A DNA stretch of 64,000 nt from an uncultured Planctomycetaceae bacterium (GCA_963833985.1 CAWIAD010000002.1:2336001-2400000), one strand, 5' to 3'; positions 18,501-27,149 are shown, numbered from the stretch's first letter. Program-made: numbers and translations. The notes: a model not told the origin generated them from the letters alone.

Positions 18501-19127
18501 GTTTCCAATGGCGTCGCAAGCACGAACTATAAACTACCGGCGGGAACCGGCGGTGGCTCGTATACCATACAGGCCGTCTACAACGGCACGGCGGACTATG
18601 CGACAAAATCCGATTCGGCTCACAAGCTCACGGTCAAGGTCGCGACAACGTCAACCGCAGCGCAAAACCAGACGGCGACGTATAACGCCTCGTCTCAAAG
18701 CGTGACTCTCACCGCGTCGGTGAAGAGCTCGGCCGGAGCGGTGAACGAGGGCAATGTCACCTTCACCATATTGACCACCACAGGAAAGCAGGTCGGTAAT
18801 CCCATGACCAGCCTGACTGTCACGGGCGGATTGGCCACCGTCAGCTACCCGCTGCCGCCCGGGCTCGCTGTGGGGACGTACAAGATCGAGGCGGTGTTCG
18901 GCACCACGGCCGACTTCAAGACGTCGACCAACGGCAGCAAGCAGACGCTCACCATCACCGCGGCCCCCGGGCTGGTGACGCTTGGCCCGCCCGCCGGTTC
19001 TTTGGCCAGCTCCTCCGGGGTTCTGCCTCAGGTGACGTCAGCCGACACGACGGACCTTGACTTGCTCATCGGCCTGGCGCTCGAGCAGCTCGGCGCGAAG
19101 TCCTGGAAGCAACACCACTCCACCTGA
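15582..19127 (+). CDS. Large secreted/surface repeat protein (LEPR-XLL N-terminal motif, beta-helix-like repeats, Ig-like domains), paralog 1
   Basis: Basic leader ending RFRPDTEGLEPRIVMST; W.GPNGGDWDTAANWS; 163-aa tandem repeats; three Big_3-like units (VTLTA.V...G.VTF...Y.I.AVY.G). Confidence 0.9.
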   Translation: MTFASNENYRMRGSHTPKRNSRITRNRTSRPRFRPDTEGLEPRIVMSTVNWVGPNGGDWDTAANWSPAGIPTSTSAVVINPSSAETIVHGTNVADSVQSITTSSTATLNLVSGSLAFAAGNASTLGGPVNISPQATLSVGAGASVQIASGQTLTDNGLMTLASGDTMTFATYYAVNLVVNGTMTATSDSFVTTGGGGSYMQVNSGGRFTSSNSTFSLSQLSLDNSSILNSGDWTGNVFNMPIFVPYNDVQNLGSNATFHDININADTLPSGTLNLNVIGSNAASHYIFPGGFTVASGATLAFGTNVPIIIPSSQTLYDNGLMTLASGDTMTFATYYAVNLVVNGTMTATSDSFVTTGGGGSYMQVNSGGRFTSSNSTFSLSQLSLDNSSILNSGDWTGNVFNMPIFVPYNDVQNLGSNATFHDININADTLPSGTLNLNVIGSNAASHYIFPGGFTVASGATLAFGTNVPIIIPSSQTLYDNGLMTLASGDTMTFATYYAVNLVVNGTMMATSDSFVTTGGGGSYMQVNSGGHFTSSNSTFSLSQLSLDNSSILNSGDWTGNVFNMPIFVPYNDVQYLGDNPTFNNVEINPGTLSSGAVTLGKIGTASTLQYVFPGGFTVASGSALVVGAYVPVVIPSGQTLLDNGTLSFSTGDTVTFASYYAVNLVVDGVMNASDASFVTTGGGGGYLQVNSGGQLDVNNSVIALSSVNLGTSSSDTLQANVFDTTLYVNGGETATISYNDFSASNSFVVASGNSSQTILMPSNWWGATDSTDIGKKITDYLDNPALPLVNFAPPLSAPNPAGAPSRTAAVAVTASYNPNSAQTVTLTAGVTSGSVAITGGTVTFIVVSNNGIVGTPDIVSVSGGVATTTTFQIPIGTSGGTDTIEAVYSGVFNSSTANYFGSMDTSQSLTINPAATTIVAKAASSTFNTGAVTVPLSATVTSTFGKLGVGTLTFTILTSGGVTVGMPSTVNVSNGVASTNYKLPAGTGGGSYTIQAVYNGTADYATKSDSAHKLTVKVATTSTAAQNQTATYNASSQSVTLTASVKSSAGAVNEGNVTFTILTTTGKQVGNPMTSLTVTGGLATVSYPLPPGLAVGTYKIEAVFGTTADFKTSTNGSKQTLTITAAPGLVTLGPPAGSLASSSGVLPQVTSADTTDLDLLIGLALEQLGAKSWKQHHST
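16031..17309 (+). repeat. 489-bp intragenic tandem repeat, ~2.6 near-identical copies
   Basis: CCAGACCCTG anchors at 16031, 16520, 17009; only scattered substitutions between copies; degenerate fourth unit from about 17498. Confidence 0.95.
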
Positions 19128-19165
19128 GACGAGTTGCGAGGATTGAATCTGCATGACGTTCCACT

Positions 19166-19188
19166 GGAGGCCTTCGGGCCTCCTTCTT
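19166..19188 (+). terminator. Putative intrinsic terminator between the two surface-protein genes
   Basis: GGAGGCC-TTCG-GGCCTCC hairpin followed by TTCTT, 39 nt after stop 19127. Confidence 0.65.
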
Positions 19189-19249
19189 CCGTGAAATCCG
19201 TACGTGTAGCAGAGAGTTTCCCATCGAGAAGCACCAGGAGAGAAGCACC

Positions 19250-22200
19250 ATGACCCGCATGATGGACCGGGCGCCGAGCGTCCCTTCAGATTTCGATCGA
19301 CGAACGCGCCGAGGGCGTGCGCGAAAGTCCTCTCGCTTGCGAACCCGGCTCCATCCGGATCTGGAAAGCCTGGAGCATCGCATCGTGCTGTCCACGATCA
19401 ACTGGAGCACATCCGCGGCTTCCACCGGAGGCAACTGGGACACGCCGGGCAACTGGGTTGGCGGCGTGGTGCCTGGCGCCAGCGACACCGCGGTCATCAA
19501 GGGCCTGACCAGCCCGGGGATCGTCAGCCTCAGCTCCGGCAATTCGGACTCCGTCGGCGCCCTGACCACCGATTCGAGCACGACGCTCACCGTGGTCAGC
19601 GGCTCGCTGACATTGAGCACGGGCAATTCCTCGACGCTGGGCGGACCCGTCGTCATCGACCAGGGAGCAACCCTGAGCGCGAACTCCGGCGCTTATGTGA
19701 CAGTCCAGCCCAACGTGACGATCACCGACAACGGCGCACTCAACTTCGCCAGCGGCGATATCGTCACCCTCCAGAGCCAGTATGGCTCTTCCACACCGAT
19801 CGTCGTCGGCGGGACCATGAACGCCGCTGGCACCACCTTCAACAACTCCGGCAGCTACAACAACGGCACGATCTCGGTCAACTCCGGCGGCCACATGCTC
19901 GCCTCCGGCAGCAGCTTCAACATCAGCTCCATCAGCCTTAACAACACTAGCATCCTCAATAGCGGCGACTGGACCAGCAACACCTTCAACCTGCCCATCT
20001 TCGTCCCCTACAACGACGTGCAGTATCTTACCGGCAACACCGCCTTCCAGGACATCAACATCAACGGCGGCACGCTGGCCAGCGGCACGCTGAATTTGAA
20101 CGTCATCGGCACGAATATCTCCAGTATCCGCTACGTCTTTCCCGCCAGCTTCACGATCGCCAGCGGGGCCACGCTGAACATCGCCGCCAGCCTCCCGGTG
20201 CTTATCCAGCCCAACGTGACGATCACCGACAACGGCGCGCTGAACTTCGCCAGCGGCGATATCGTCACCCTCCCGAGCCTGTATGGCTCGTCCACACCGA
20301 TCATCGTGGGCGGCACGATGAACGCCGTCGGCACCACCTTCAACAACTCCGGCGGTTACAATAACGGCACCATCACGGTCAACTCCGGCGGCCACATGCT
20401 CGCCTCCGGCAGCAGCTTCAACATCAGCTCCATCAGTCTCAGCAACACAAGCATCCTGAACAGCGGCGACTGGACCAGCAACACCTTCAACCTGCCCATC
20501 TTCGTCCCCTACAACGACGTGCAGTATCTTACCAGCAACACCGCCTTCCAGGACATCAACATCAACGGCGGCACGCTGGCCAGCGGCACGCTGAATTTGA
20601 ACGTCATCGGCACGAATATCTCGAGCATCCGCTATGTCTTCCCCGCCAGCTTCACGATCGCCAGCGGGGCCACGCTGAACATCGCCGCCAGCCTCCCGGT
20701 GCTTATCCAGCCCAACGTGACGATCGCCGACAACGGCACGCTCAAGTTCGCCAGCGGCGATATCGTCACCCTCCCGAGCCTGTATGGCTCGACCACACCG
20801 ATCATCGTGGGCGGCACGATGAACGCCGCTGGCACCACCTTCAACAACTCCGGCAGCTACAACAACGGCACGATCTCGGTCAACTCCGGCGGCCACATGC
20901 TCGCCTCCGGCAGCAGCTTCAACATCAGCTCCATCAGCCTTAACAACACCAGCATCCTCAATAGCGGCGACTGGACCAGCAACACCTTCAACCTGCCCAT
21001 CTTCGTCCCCTACAACGACGTCCCATTGCTCGCCGGCAACACGCTTCCGCAGAGCATCAATATCAACGGCGAGACGATGACCGGTAGTGCCCTGATCCTG
21101 GGGCCGCTTGCCGGCAACCCGCCCTCGCTCCAGTTTGTGTTCGCGGGCAACTTCACGATCGCGCCGGGGGCAACTGTCGACGTCATGGCAAACACTAATG
21201 TCGCCATTGATCCAAATGTGTCCATCAATGACAACGGCACCCTCACCTTCACAACAGGCGACGTGGTGACGTTCCAGAGCCTGTACGGATCGTCGAGTCC
21301 CATCGTCGTGACCGGCACGCTCTCCGCCAGCGGAACGACCTTCAATAATGGCGGCAGCTACAACAACGGCTCGATCTCGGCCAACTCGGGTGCCCAGGTC
21401 AACATCACCAATTCGCTGATCGGCATCGCGAATGTCTACCTGTACTCCGCCTCCAACGACACGCTGGAAGTGGATGTCATGAATACCAATCTGAACGTCA
21501 ATAGCGGCGCGGCGCCGCTGGCCATCTCGAGCAACGATTTCAGCAGCGGCACTGTTGTCGCTGCGGGCGATCCCAACGCGACGATCAACATGACCAGCAA
21601 TTACTGGGGCTCAATCAATACCACGCTGATCGCGGGGAAGATCACCGATCACACCGACAACTCGAACCTGCCTACCGTCAATTTCACACCCTTCCTGACG
21701 CAGTCCACGCCTCCCGGCGCGGTGACCACGATCGTCGCTTCCAGCACCTCGGCGACGTTCAGTACCAAGTCGGCCCAGACCGTCACGCTCTCGGCGAGCG
21801 TCACCAGCGGCGCGAACAAGGTGAATGAAGGGACAGTCACCTTCATCGTCGTGAGCGGGATCAATATCGTGGGCAACCCCGTCAGCAACGTGAGCGTCTC
21901 GAGCGGCACGGCCACGACTTCATTCCAGATTCCTCCCGGAACGAAGGCCGGCCAGGATACGATCGTGGCCATCTACAACGGCGACGCGAATTTCATGGGC
22001 TCGACCGACACGAGCCACTCGGTCGCCATCAACCCCGCGGCCACGAAGACCGTTGCCAAGACGGCCAGCACCACCTTCAGCACCAGCGCGGTCTTCGTGA
22101 CGCTCTCCGCCGCTGTCACCAGTACGGCCGGAACCGTGAGCGAAGGTAGCGTCACGTTCACACTCTACACGAGCACCGGCACGCAGGTCGGCCAACCGGC

Positions 22201-22870
22201 GGTGGGCAATGTCAGCAACAACACGGCCACCACGCAGTACGAACTGCCGGCGGGGACGGCAGGGGGCGTGTACACCATCAAGGCCAACTACAACGGTACC
22301 GGCGACTACTCGATCAGCACCGATTCAGCCCACAAGCTGACGGTCAAGGTCGCGACCACCACGACCGCGGCCGTGAACAAGTCGGCGACCTACAGCGCGT
22401 CGACGCAGACGGTCCTGCTCACCGCGAGCGTCAAGAGCACGGCCGGGACGGTGAACGAGGGAAGTGTCACGTTCACCGTCCTGAATGGCACCCAGGTGGT
22501 CGGCACGGCAACCAAGGGCAATGTCAACAATGGGACCGCTTCGGTCAATTACAACCTGCCGGCGGGTCTGGCTGTGGGGACGTACAAGATCGAGGCGGTG
22601 TTTGGCACAACGGCCGACTTCAAGACGTCGACCAACGGCAGCAAGCAAACGCTCACCATCACCGCGGCCCCCGCGCTGGTGACGCTTGGCCCGCCCGCCG
22701 GTTCTTTGGCCAGTTCGAGCGGCCAGGCTTCGCAGATCACCGTCGGCGGTGCCCCGGACCTCGATTTCCTGATCGGGCTGGCTCTCGAACAGCTCGGCGC
22801 AAATCGTGGAAGCAGCACGCAAATGGCTGAGACGGGCCGCGCGGATCGGATCAGCAGCACGTCATGTTGA
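19250..22870 (+). CDS. Large secreted/surface repeat protein, paralog 2
   Basis: AGGAG RBS; RLHPDLESLEHRIVLST motif; 167-aa tandem repeats homologous to those of paralog 1; three Ig-like units; same C-terminal motif. Confidence 0.9.
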   Translation: MTRMMDRAPSVPSDFDRRTRRGRARKSSRLRTRLHPDLESLEHRIVLSTINWSTSAASTGGNWDTPGNWVGGVVPGASDTAVIKGLTSPGIVSLSSGNSDSVGALTTDSSTTLTVVSGSLTLSTGNSSTLGGPVVIDQGATLSANSGAYVTVQPNVTITDNGALNFASGDIVTLQSQYGSSTPIVVGGTMNAAGTTFNNSGSYNNGTISVNSGGHMLASGSSFNISSISLNNTSILNSGDWTSNTFNLPIFVPYNDVQYLTGNTAFQDININGGTLASGTLNLNVIGTNISSIRYVFPASFTIASGATLNIAASLPVLIQPNVTITDNGALNFASGDIVTLPSLYGSSTPIIVGGTMNAVGTTFNNSGGYNNGTITVNSGGHMLASGSSFNISSISLSNTSILNSGDWTSNTFNLPIFVPYNDVQYLTSNTAFQDININGGTLASGTLNLNVIGTNISSIRYVFPASFTIASGATLNIAASLPVLIQPNVTIADNGTLKFASGDIVTLPSLYGSTTPIIVGGTMNAAGTTFNNSGSYNNGTISVNSGGHMLASGSSFNISSISLNNTSILNSGDWTSNTFNLPIFVPYNDVPLLAGNTLPQSININGETMTGSALILGPLAGNPPSLQFVFAGNFTIAPGATVDVMANTNVAIDPNVSINDNGTLTFTTGDVVTFQSLYGSSSPIVVTGTLSASGTTFNNGGSYNNGSISANSGAQVNITNSLIGIANVYLYSASNDTLEVDVMNTNLNVNSGAAPLAISSNDFSSGTVVAAGDPNATINMTSNYWGSINTTLIAGKITDHTDNSNLPTVNFTPFLTQSTPPGAVTTIVASSTSATFSTKSAQTVTLSASVTSGANKVNEGTVTFIVVSGINIVGNPVSNVSVSSGTATTSFQIPPGTKAGQDTIVAIYNGDANFMGSTDTSHSVAINPAATKTVAKTASTTFSTSAVFVTLSAAVTSTAGTVSEGSVTFTLYTSTGTQVGQPAVGNVSNNTATTQYELPAGTAGGVYTIKANYNGTGDYSISTDSAHKLTVKVATTTTAAVNKSATYSASTQTVLLTASVKSTAGTVNEGSVTFTVLNGTQVVGTATKGNVNNGTASVNYNLPAGLAVGTYKIEAVFGTTADFKTSTNGSKQTLTITAAPALVTLGPPAGSLASSSGQASQITVGGAPDLDFLIGLALEQLGANRGSSTQMAETGRADRISSTSC
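19704..21021 (+). repeat. 501-bp intragenic tandem repeat, ~2.6 near-identical copies
   Basis: TCCAGCCCAACGTGACGATC anchors at 19704, 20205, 20706. Confidence 0.95.
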
Positions 22871-22941
22871 ACGTCCTGGGGCCGCCCTCTTCCGTGACAT
22901 CCGCGGAACGGGAGCGGCCCGCTTCGTTGCGCGATCCAATC

Positions 22942-23634
22942 TCAATCCGAGCACCTGCGCGGGACGAGCTCGGCTCGAATCCACCTCCGCAGTCGGGAAA
23001 TCCACGCCGACTCGTCGGTAGTATCCTCGTCGATGAGCCAGCGAACGACGTCGGTGCCCTTGATGTTCAGTCAGCCGCTGGCTTCGATCGGCATGTAGCC
23101 TCCAGCGGAGGTCAGCCGTTCGATGACCAATCTCTCTCCGTCGAACCGCCAGACCTCGGCGACCTCCAGAGAGGCGTAGATGCCGGGCCGGTCGATGAGG
23201 GACGGCGAGATGTCGATTTCGATCGCGAGGTCGGGGTTGGGATAATCGGCGACGTCGTTCGAGGCGTTCCTTTTGGCCCGGGCGGCAGCGGCAAGCTTCG
23301 CCGGATCAAAATAATAGCACTGATCCGCCTCGAGACCACGCGACAGGTCGTGACGTTTCCACGTCGTCTCGCCCAGGCATTTCTGGGGAATGGCCAGCTC
23401 AACCGCAACCTCGGTGACGACCCTGCCCAGGAGCTCGCGAAAATCCTCGTGCTTCGGCCCCCTGGTCAGGATCTCCAGATCCTCACCGTCGTAGGCCATG
23501 CGAATTCCGCTGCGCTCCGGCAGTGAGTTGATCCAGAGCTCGTAAACGGCCCACGGAACGCGCCGGACTGCGATCCTGGTCTCGCCGTCCGAGGAATGAG
23601 GCGCCGGGACTCGAGATCGGGTCTTCACGCTCAT
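22942..23634 (-). CDS. Uma2/DUF820 family PD-(D/E)XK putative endonuclease with in-frame TGA at 23071-23073 (possible pseudogene)
   Basis: RMAYDGEDLEI, GLEADQCYY, PDLAIEIDIS, IYASLEVAEVWRFDG; reading through TGA gives LNIKGTDVVRWLIDEDTTDESAWISRLRRWIRAEL to stop at 22942. Confidence 0.85.
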
Positions 23635-23734
23635 GAGAATCCGATCTTGCTCGTTGAGGCGGGTTGATGAGATCAACCAGACGGGATCGATTCGCCACGG
23701 CTCCCTTGCGAACACCATGATCCCGCGGCGTGAA

Positions 23735-23807
23735 AGCCACCTCAGGGACTCGAACCCTGGACTTCAGCTTTACGAAAGCTGCGCTCTACCAGCTGAGCTA
23801 AGGTGGC
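23735..23807 (-). tRNA. tRNA-Thr (anticodon CGT), CCA not encoded
   Basis: GCCACCTTAGCTCAGCTGGTAGAGCGCAGCTTTCGTAAAGCTGAAGTCCAGGGTTCGAGTCCCTGAGGTGGCT; cloverleaf with D-loop GG, TTCGA loop, CAGCT/AGCTG anticodon stem. Confidence 0.97.
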
Positions 23808-23827
23808 GACAAGCGGTTTGAAAATCT

Positions 23828-23857
23828 AGCGTATCGGGTGGGTGCGCAGGGTGTCAA
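23828..23857 (-). promoter_or_regulatory. Sigma70-type promoter of tRNA-Thr
   Basis: Minus strand TTGACA - 18 bp - TACGCT ending about 20 nt before the tRNA. Confidence 0.55.
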
Positions 23858-23893
23858 GCGAGACAAAAGCTCATCCCGGCCGGCCCGCGCGGC

Positions 23894-25051
23894 TCACCGA
23901 GGTCCCAGAGCGACGGCCCGCTCGTAGACTTCCAGGTAGCGGTCGATGTTGCGGTCCATTGCGAAATGCTCGCGGGCGACAGGACCGCAGGCGGCGGCCA
24001 GCGAGGCGGCCAGGGCCGGGTCGCCAAGCACTTTCAGGATGGCGTCGGCCAGCGGCTCCGGAGCGACCTGGGTGAGCAGGCCCGCGCCTGACTGGCCCAG
24101 CAGTGCTTGATAATCGCCGAAATCCGTCGCCACGATGGGCCGTCCCGCAGCGAGATAGACGGCAATCTTGCTCTGGACCGAGTAATTCTCGCGGCAGGCC
24201 AGCCGGGGATGGACCAGCACGTCGGCGCGCCGCGACAGGGCGACGACCTGCTCAGGTGTCTGGCCGGTGAGCACGATCAACCTGTCGCCATGGGGACCAA
24301 GCTGGGCCCGGTACCGCTCGCCGGCCTCGGCGGGGCCGCCGACCAGCACGCAGCGCACTTCCTGCCGGGCATCAAAGATGCGCGGGAGTGCGTCGATGAG
24401 GATCGGCACGCCCTGGTTGGGATGGACAATACTGCCAATGTACATGACCAGTTTGTGCTCGAGTGTCACGCCGGGTATGGACGCGGGCGTTCCTTGCCGT
24501 TCGTATTCGGCCAGGTCGATGCCCGGGTAAATGACGCGGACTCGATCCGCCGGGACGCCCTTTTCGGCCACGACCACCTGCTTGACCGGTTCCCCCAGCG
24601 CAATGATCTGGGAGGCGTGCCGAAAGACCCTGCGCTCGACGGCCAGGTAGGAGCGGAAGACCAACCCCCGGCCCAGCCGCTGGCGTTCCACCTCGTCGCC
24701 CAGGAGCGAGTGGATCTCGTAGACCATGGGCCAGCCGAACCGCCGGCACGCGGCGTGTGCCCGTGTCGCGCCCCCGTAGTGCTGGGCGTGCACGACGTCG
24801 AAGGGCAGTTGCCGGGCGATCCGCCGCAATCCCGAGCCGCTCGCCCAGGCGGCGGGAGGCACGTTGAAGACGGGGGTGCCTTCGAAGTCTTCGATCCGCA
24901 TGTTCCACCCCGCCGGCGGCCTGAAGCGCAGGTATGCGACCACGACTTCCACGCCGCGCGGCTTGAGGGCCCGCAGGATCTTGATCGGCAGCATCGCCGT
25001 GCCGTCGTACTCACCGGGAATGGGAAACGAGGTCACCATCAAGACGCGCAT
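23894..25051 (-). CDS. Glycosyltransferase family 4 (GT-B)
   Basis: MRVLMVTSFP, FDVVHAQ, VRVIYPGIDL, ADVLVHP, KIAVYLAAGRPIVATDFG. Confidence 0.9.
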   Translation of the reverse strand: MRVLMVTSFPIPGEYDGTAMLPIKILRALKPRGVEVVVAYLRFRPPAGWNMRIEDFEGTPVFNVPPAAWASGSGLRRIARQLPFDVVHAQHYGGATRAHAACRRFGWPMVYEIHSLLGDEVERQRLGRGLVFRSYLAVERRVFRHASQIIALGEPVKQVVVAEKGVPADRVRVIYPGIDLAEYERQGTPASIPGVTLEHKLVMYIGSIVHPNQGVPILIDALPRIFDARQEVRCVLVGGPAEAGERYRAQLGPHGDRLIVLTGQTPEQVVALSRRADVLVHPRLACRENYSVQSKIAVYLAAGRPIVATDFGDYQALLGQSGAGLLTQVAPEPLADAILKVLGDPALAASLAAACGPVAREHFAMDRNIDRYLEVYERAVALGPR

Positions 25052-25255
25052 CGTCGCTGGCTCCGTCCATCGTAGAGGTCCTGGGTACGCTCTGAGCATA
25101 CAGAGGCCACGCGCTGGGAATGAACCCCGAACTCCGGCCCGCCCAGTGTCCCGAACAGAAGAGCCTCTGGAATTCTTGACCGGTTGTGGTAAAATAAGAG
25201 CGCATTTCCTTGGCAGGGATCACGTTCGTCATCATCAGGTTCGGGAGAGACAGCG

Positions 25256-26050
25256 TTGACCACCGCAACAGGTCTCGGAAGCGTCGGTTGGGAAAATGTG
25301 TCCAGCGGGTTCCCGGAAACCCAGTGGACGATGGTACTCGACGCGGGCGGACCGACCACGCCCGAAAGGCGGCGTGCGCTTGAGGACCTGTGCCAGTCCT
25401 ACTGGTACCCCATCTACTGCTATATTCGGAGAAAGGCCGGCAACTTCGGTGACCCGCTGGACCTCACGCAGAGATATTTTGTGAGGCTCCTGGAGCAGAA
25501 CAAGCTGACGGCCGTGGTCCGTGGAAAGGGGCGATTCCGCTCGTTCCTCACGAAGGATTGCTCGTTCTTCGTGAAAGATGCGATCCGCCGCGAGCATGCC
25601 CGGAGCGTCCGTCCGCACAAGCCGATTCTCTCGCTGGATGCTCGGGACGCCGAGGGAAACTACCTGCACGAACCGGCCGACGTCCTGACCCCGGAGCAAG
25701 TTTTCTTTCGCGAGTCGGCGCGAAACTTGATGAGGCTGGTATTGAACCGCCTGGAGGAAGCGTACGCACTCAAGCGGAACAGCCTGCGATTCGGCCGTCT
25801 GAAAGCCTTTCTCACGGAAGATGAAGAGGCCATGCCGTATGCCGAGATCGCCAGACGGCTGGAAATCAGCGAGGGCGGTGTGGCGACGGCCGTTCACCGG
25901 CTGCGGAAGGACTTCGGGAGGTTGCTGCGCGAAGAGATCGCCAGGACGGTGTCGGATCCGGCCGACATTGACGACGAGATTCGCGATCTGTTCGAGCTTC
26001 TCAGCGCCCGAGGAGAAACCGGTAGCCGCGATTCGGGGACTGGCGAGTGA
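25256..26050 (+). CDS. ECF sigma factor (FPxTxW type common in PVC bacteria)
   Basis: FPETQWTMV, ALEDLCQSYWYPIYCYIRR, GRFRSFL, YAEIARRLEISEGGVATAVHRLRK, IDDEIRDL; start codon uncertain. Confidence 0.9.
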   Translation: MTTATGLGSVGWENVSSGFPETQWTMVLDAGGPTTPERRRALEDLCQSYWYPIYCYIRRKAGNFGDPLDLTQRYFVRLLEQNKLTAVVRGKGRFRSFLTKDCSFFVKDAIRREHARSVRPHKPILSLDARDAEGNYLHEPADVLTPEQVFFRESARNLMRLVLNRLEEAYALKRNSLRFGRLKAFLTEDEEAMPYAEIARRLEISEGGVATAVHRLRKDFGRLLREEIARTVSDPADIDDEIRDLFELLSARGETGSRDSGTGE

Positions 26051-26056
26051 AGAAGT

Positions 26057-26910
26057 TCATCCCTTGCCGCTGCCGTTCTGGGGCGGATAGATGAGGCGGA
26101 CGGGTTCGCGGCGGTGTCGCTGGCCATGGCAGAGGACGCCGCCCATGCGATGGTCAAGGGCTTCGATGGCGGCGTCGAGGATGCCCCGTGCCGTATCGAG
26201 GTGCCGGGGCCGCAGGGCGTAGGGATCCGCGGCAGACCCGTCCTGGGAAAGCACAGGGTCTCTGTGCGGATGGTGCGGTTCAGCTCGGGAGGAACGTCGT
26301 GGGGCTCGAGCGGTTCGTACTCGCCATCACGCCGGGTCGAGCGGTAATAGGCGCGCCGGGCTCCCGCGGGACCGGGATACACCCAGGACGTTTCGAGCAT
26401 GAGCAGCTCGGCGAACTGGGGCCAGGGAGCCGTTTCGGGAATAAAGCTGCGGGTCGGAACTCCGGGATCCGCCACGATCGCGGGGAGCAGCCGCCAGGCC
26501 TCGGCCAGGGGAAGCGGGCGGCTCGGATCGGCCAGCAGGCCGCGTAGTTCGGGACGCCCCAGCTCAACGGCGGCCTGACGCACGAGTGCTTCGGCGCTGG
26601 AGACGTACAGCAAGAGCGCCGCACGGGCCAGCCGCGCGGCATCCGCCTCGGACTGTGCCAGGCGGCTCTGCGTATGAAAGTGCAGCGCGTCCTGGTAGAG
26701 GCAATGAAAAGGGCTGACCACGGTCTCGACCACCCAGCCCGGTCCGGCCCCCGCCGTGGTCGTGGTCAGGGTGCCGGCGGCCTCGTCGTGTTCGGGCGTT
26801 TGTTCCGCCGGTACCGTCCGCGCCGGAACCCGATCGCGCTCCGGCGGAGTGCCCTCACGGCTTGAGGGCCCGGCCGGCAGGCTATTGGACCGTGCAAGAT
26901 CATCCGGCAT
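26057..26910 (-). CDS. Hypothetical protein (frameshift near 26228)
   Basis: Globular-looking ORF 25894-26910 switches after PRTGLPR into frame 26057-26254 (DPYALRPRHLDTARG...), which removes the overlap with the sigma gene. Confidence 0.7.
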
Positions 26911-27149
26911 GACGGTCTCTCTGGGTGGGCAATCGTGTGCGGCTTGCTCGGCTCGGCCCTCCCGGGGAACGAAACGTTGCGAGCCAGTGCCTCACGTGTC
27001 CGCGAACTCCAAAGCTTACCAGATCGCCGGCTCCTGCCGCCATAGCCGAAACCCTTCCCCATGCTGCAATTCGGGCAATTCTTTCGGGCCGGCAGGCGAT
27101 CCGCGGGCCGGACAGTCTGGTTGATCGTTCAACTCCGCCGAAAGCGGAG

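Noticed and set aside
19286..20896. Long antisense ORFs (e.g. 19286-20896, 10001-11578, 57349-59106, 3327-5054)
   Set aside because: Shadow ORFs expected opposite real genes in high-GC DNA; no family motifs
16031..21021. CRISPR array or diversity-generating retroelement template/variable repeats
   Set aside because: Units are ~500 bp, in frame and spacer-less; differences are not adenine-specific; no cas or reverse transcriptase gene in the window
23071..23073. Selenocysteine or alternative-code readthrough of the Uma2 TGA
   Set aside because: The position fits Trp/aromatic rather than Cys, and TGA is used as a normal stop throughout the window
7930..23807. Intact integrative element or prophage at tRNA-Thr
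   Set aside because: No integrase, transposase, phage genes or duplicated att sequence found by eye
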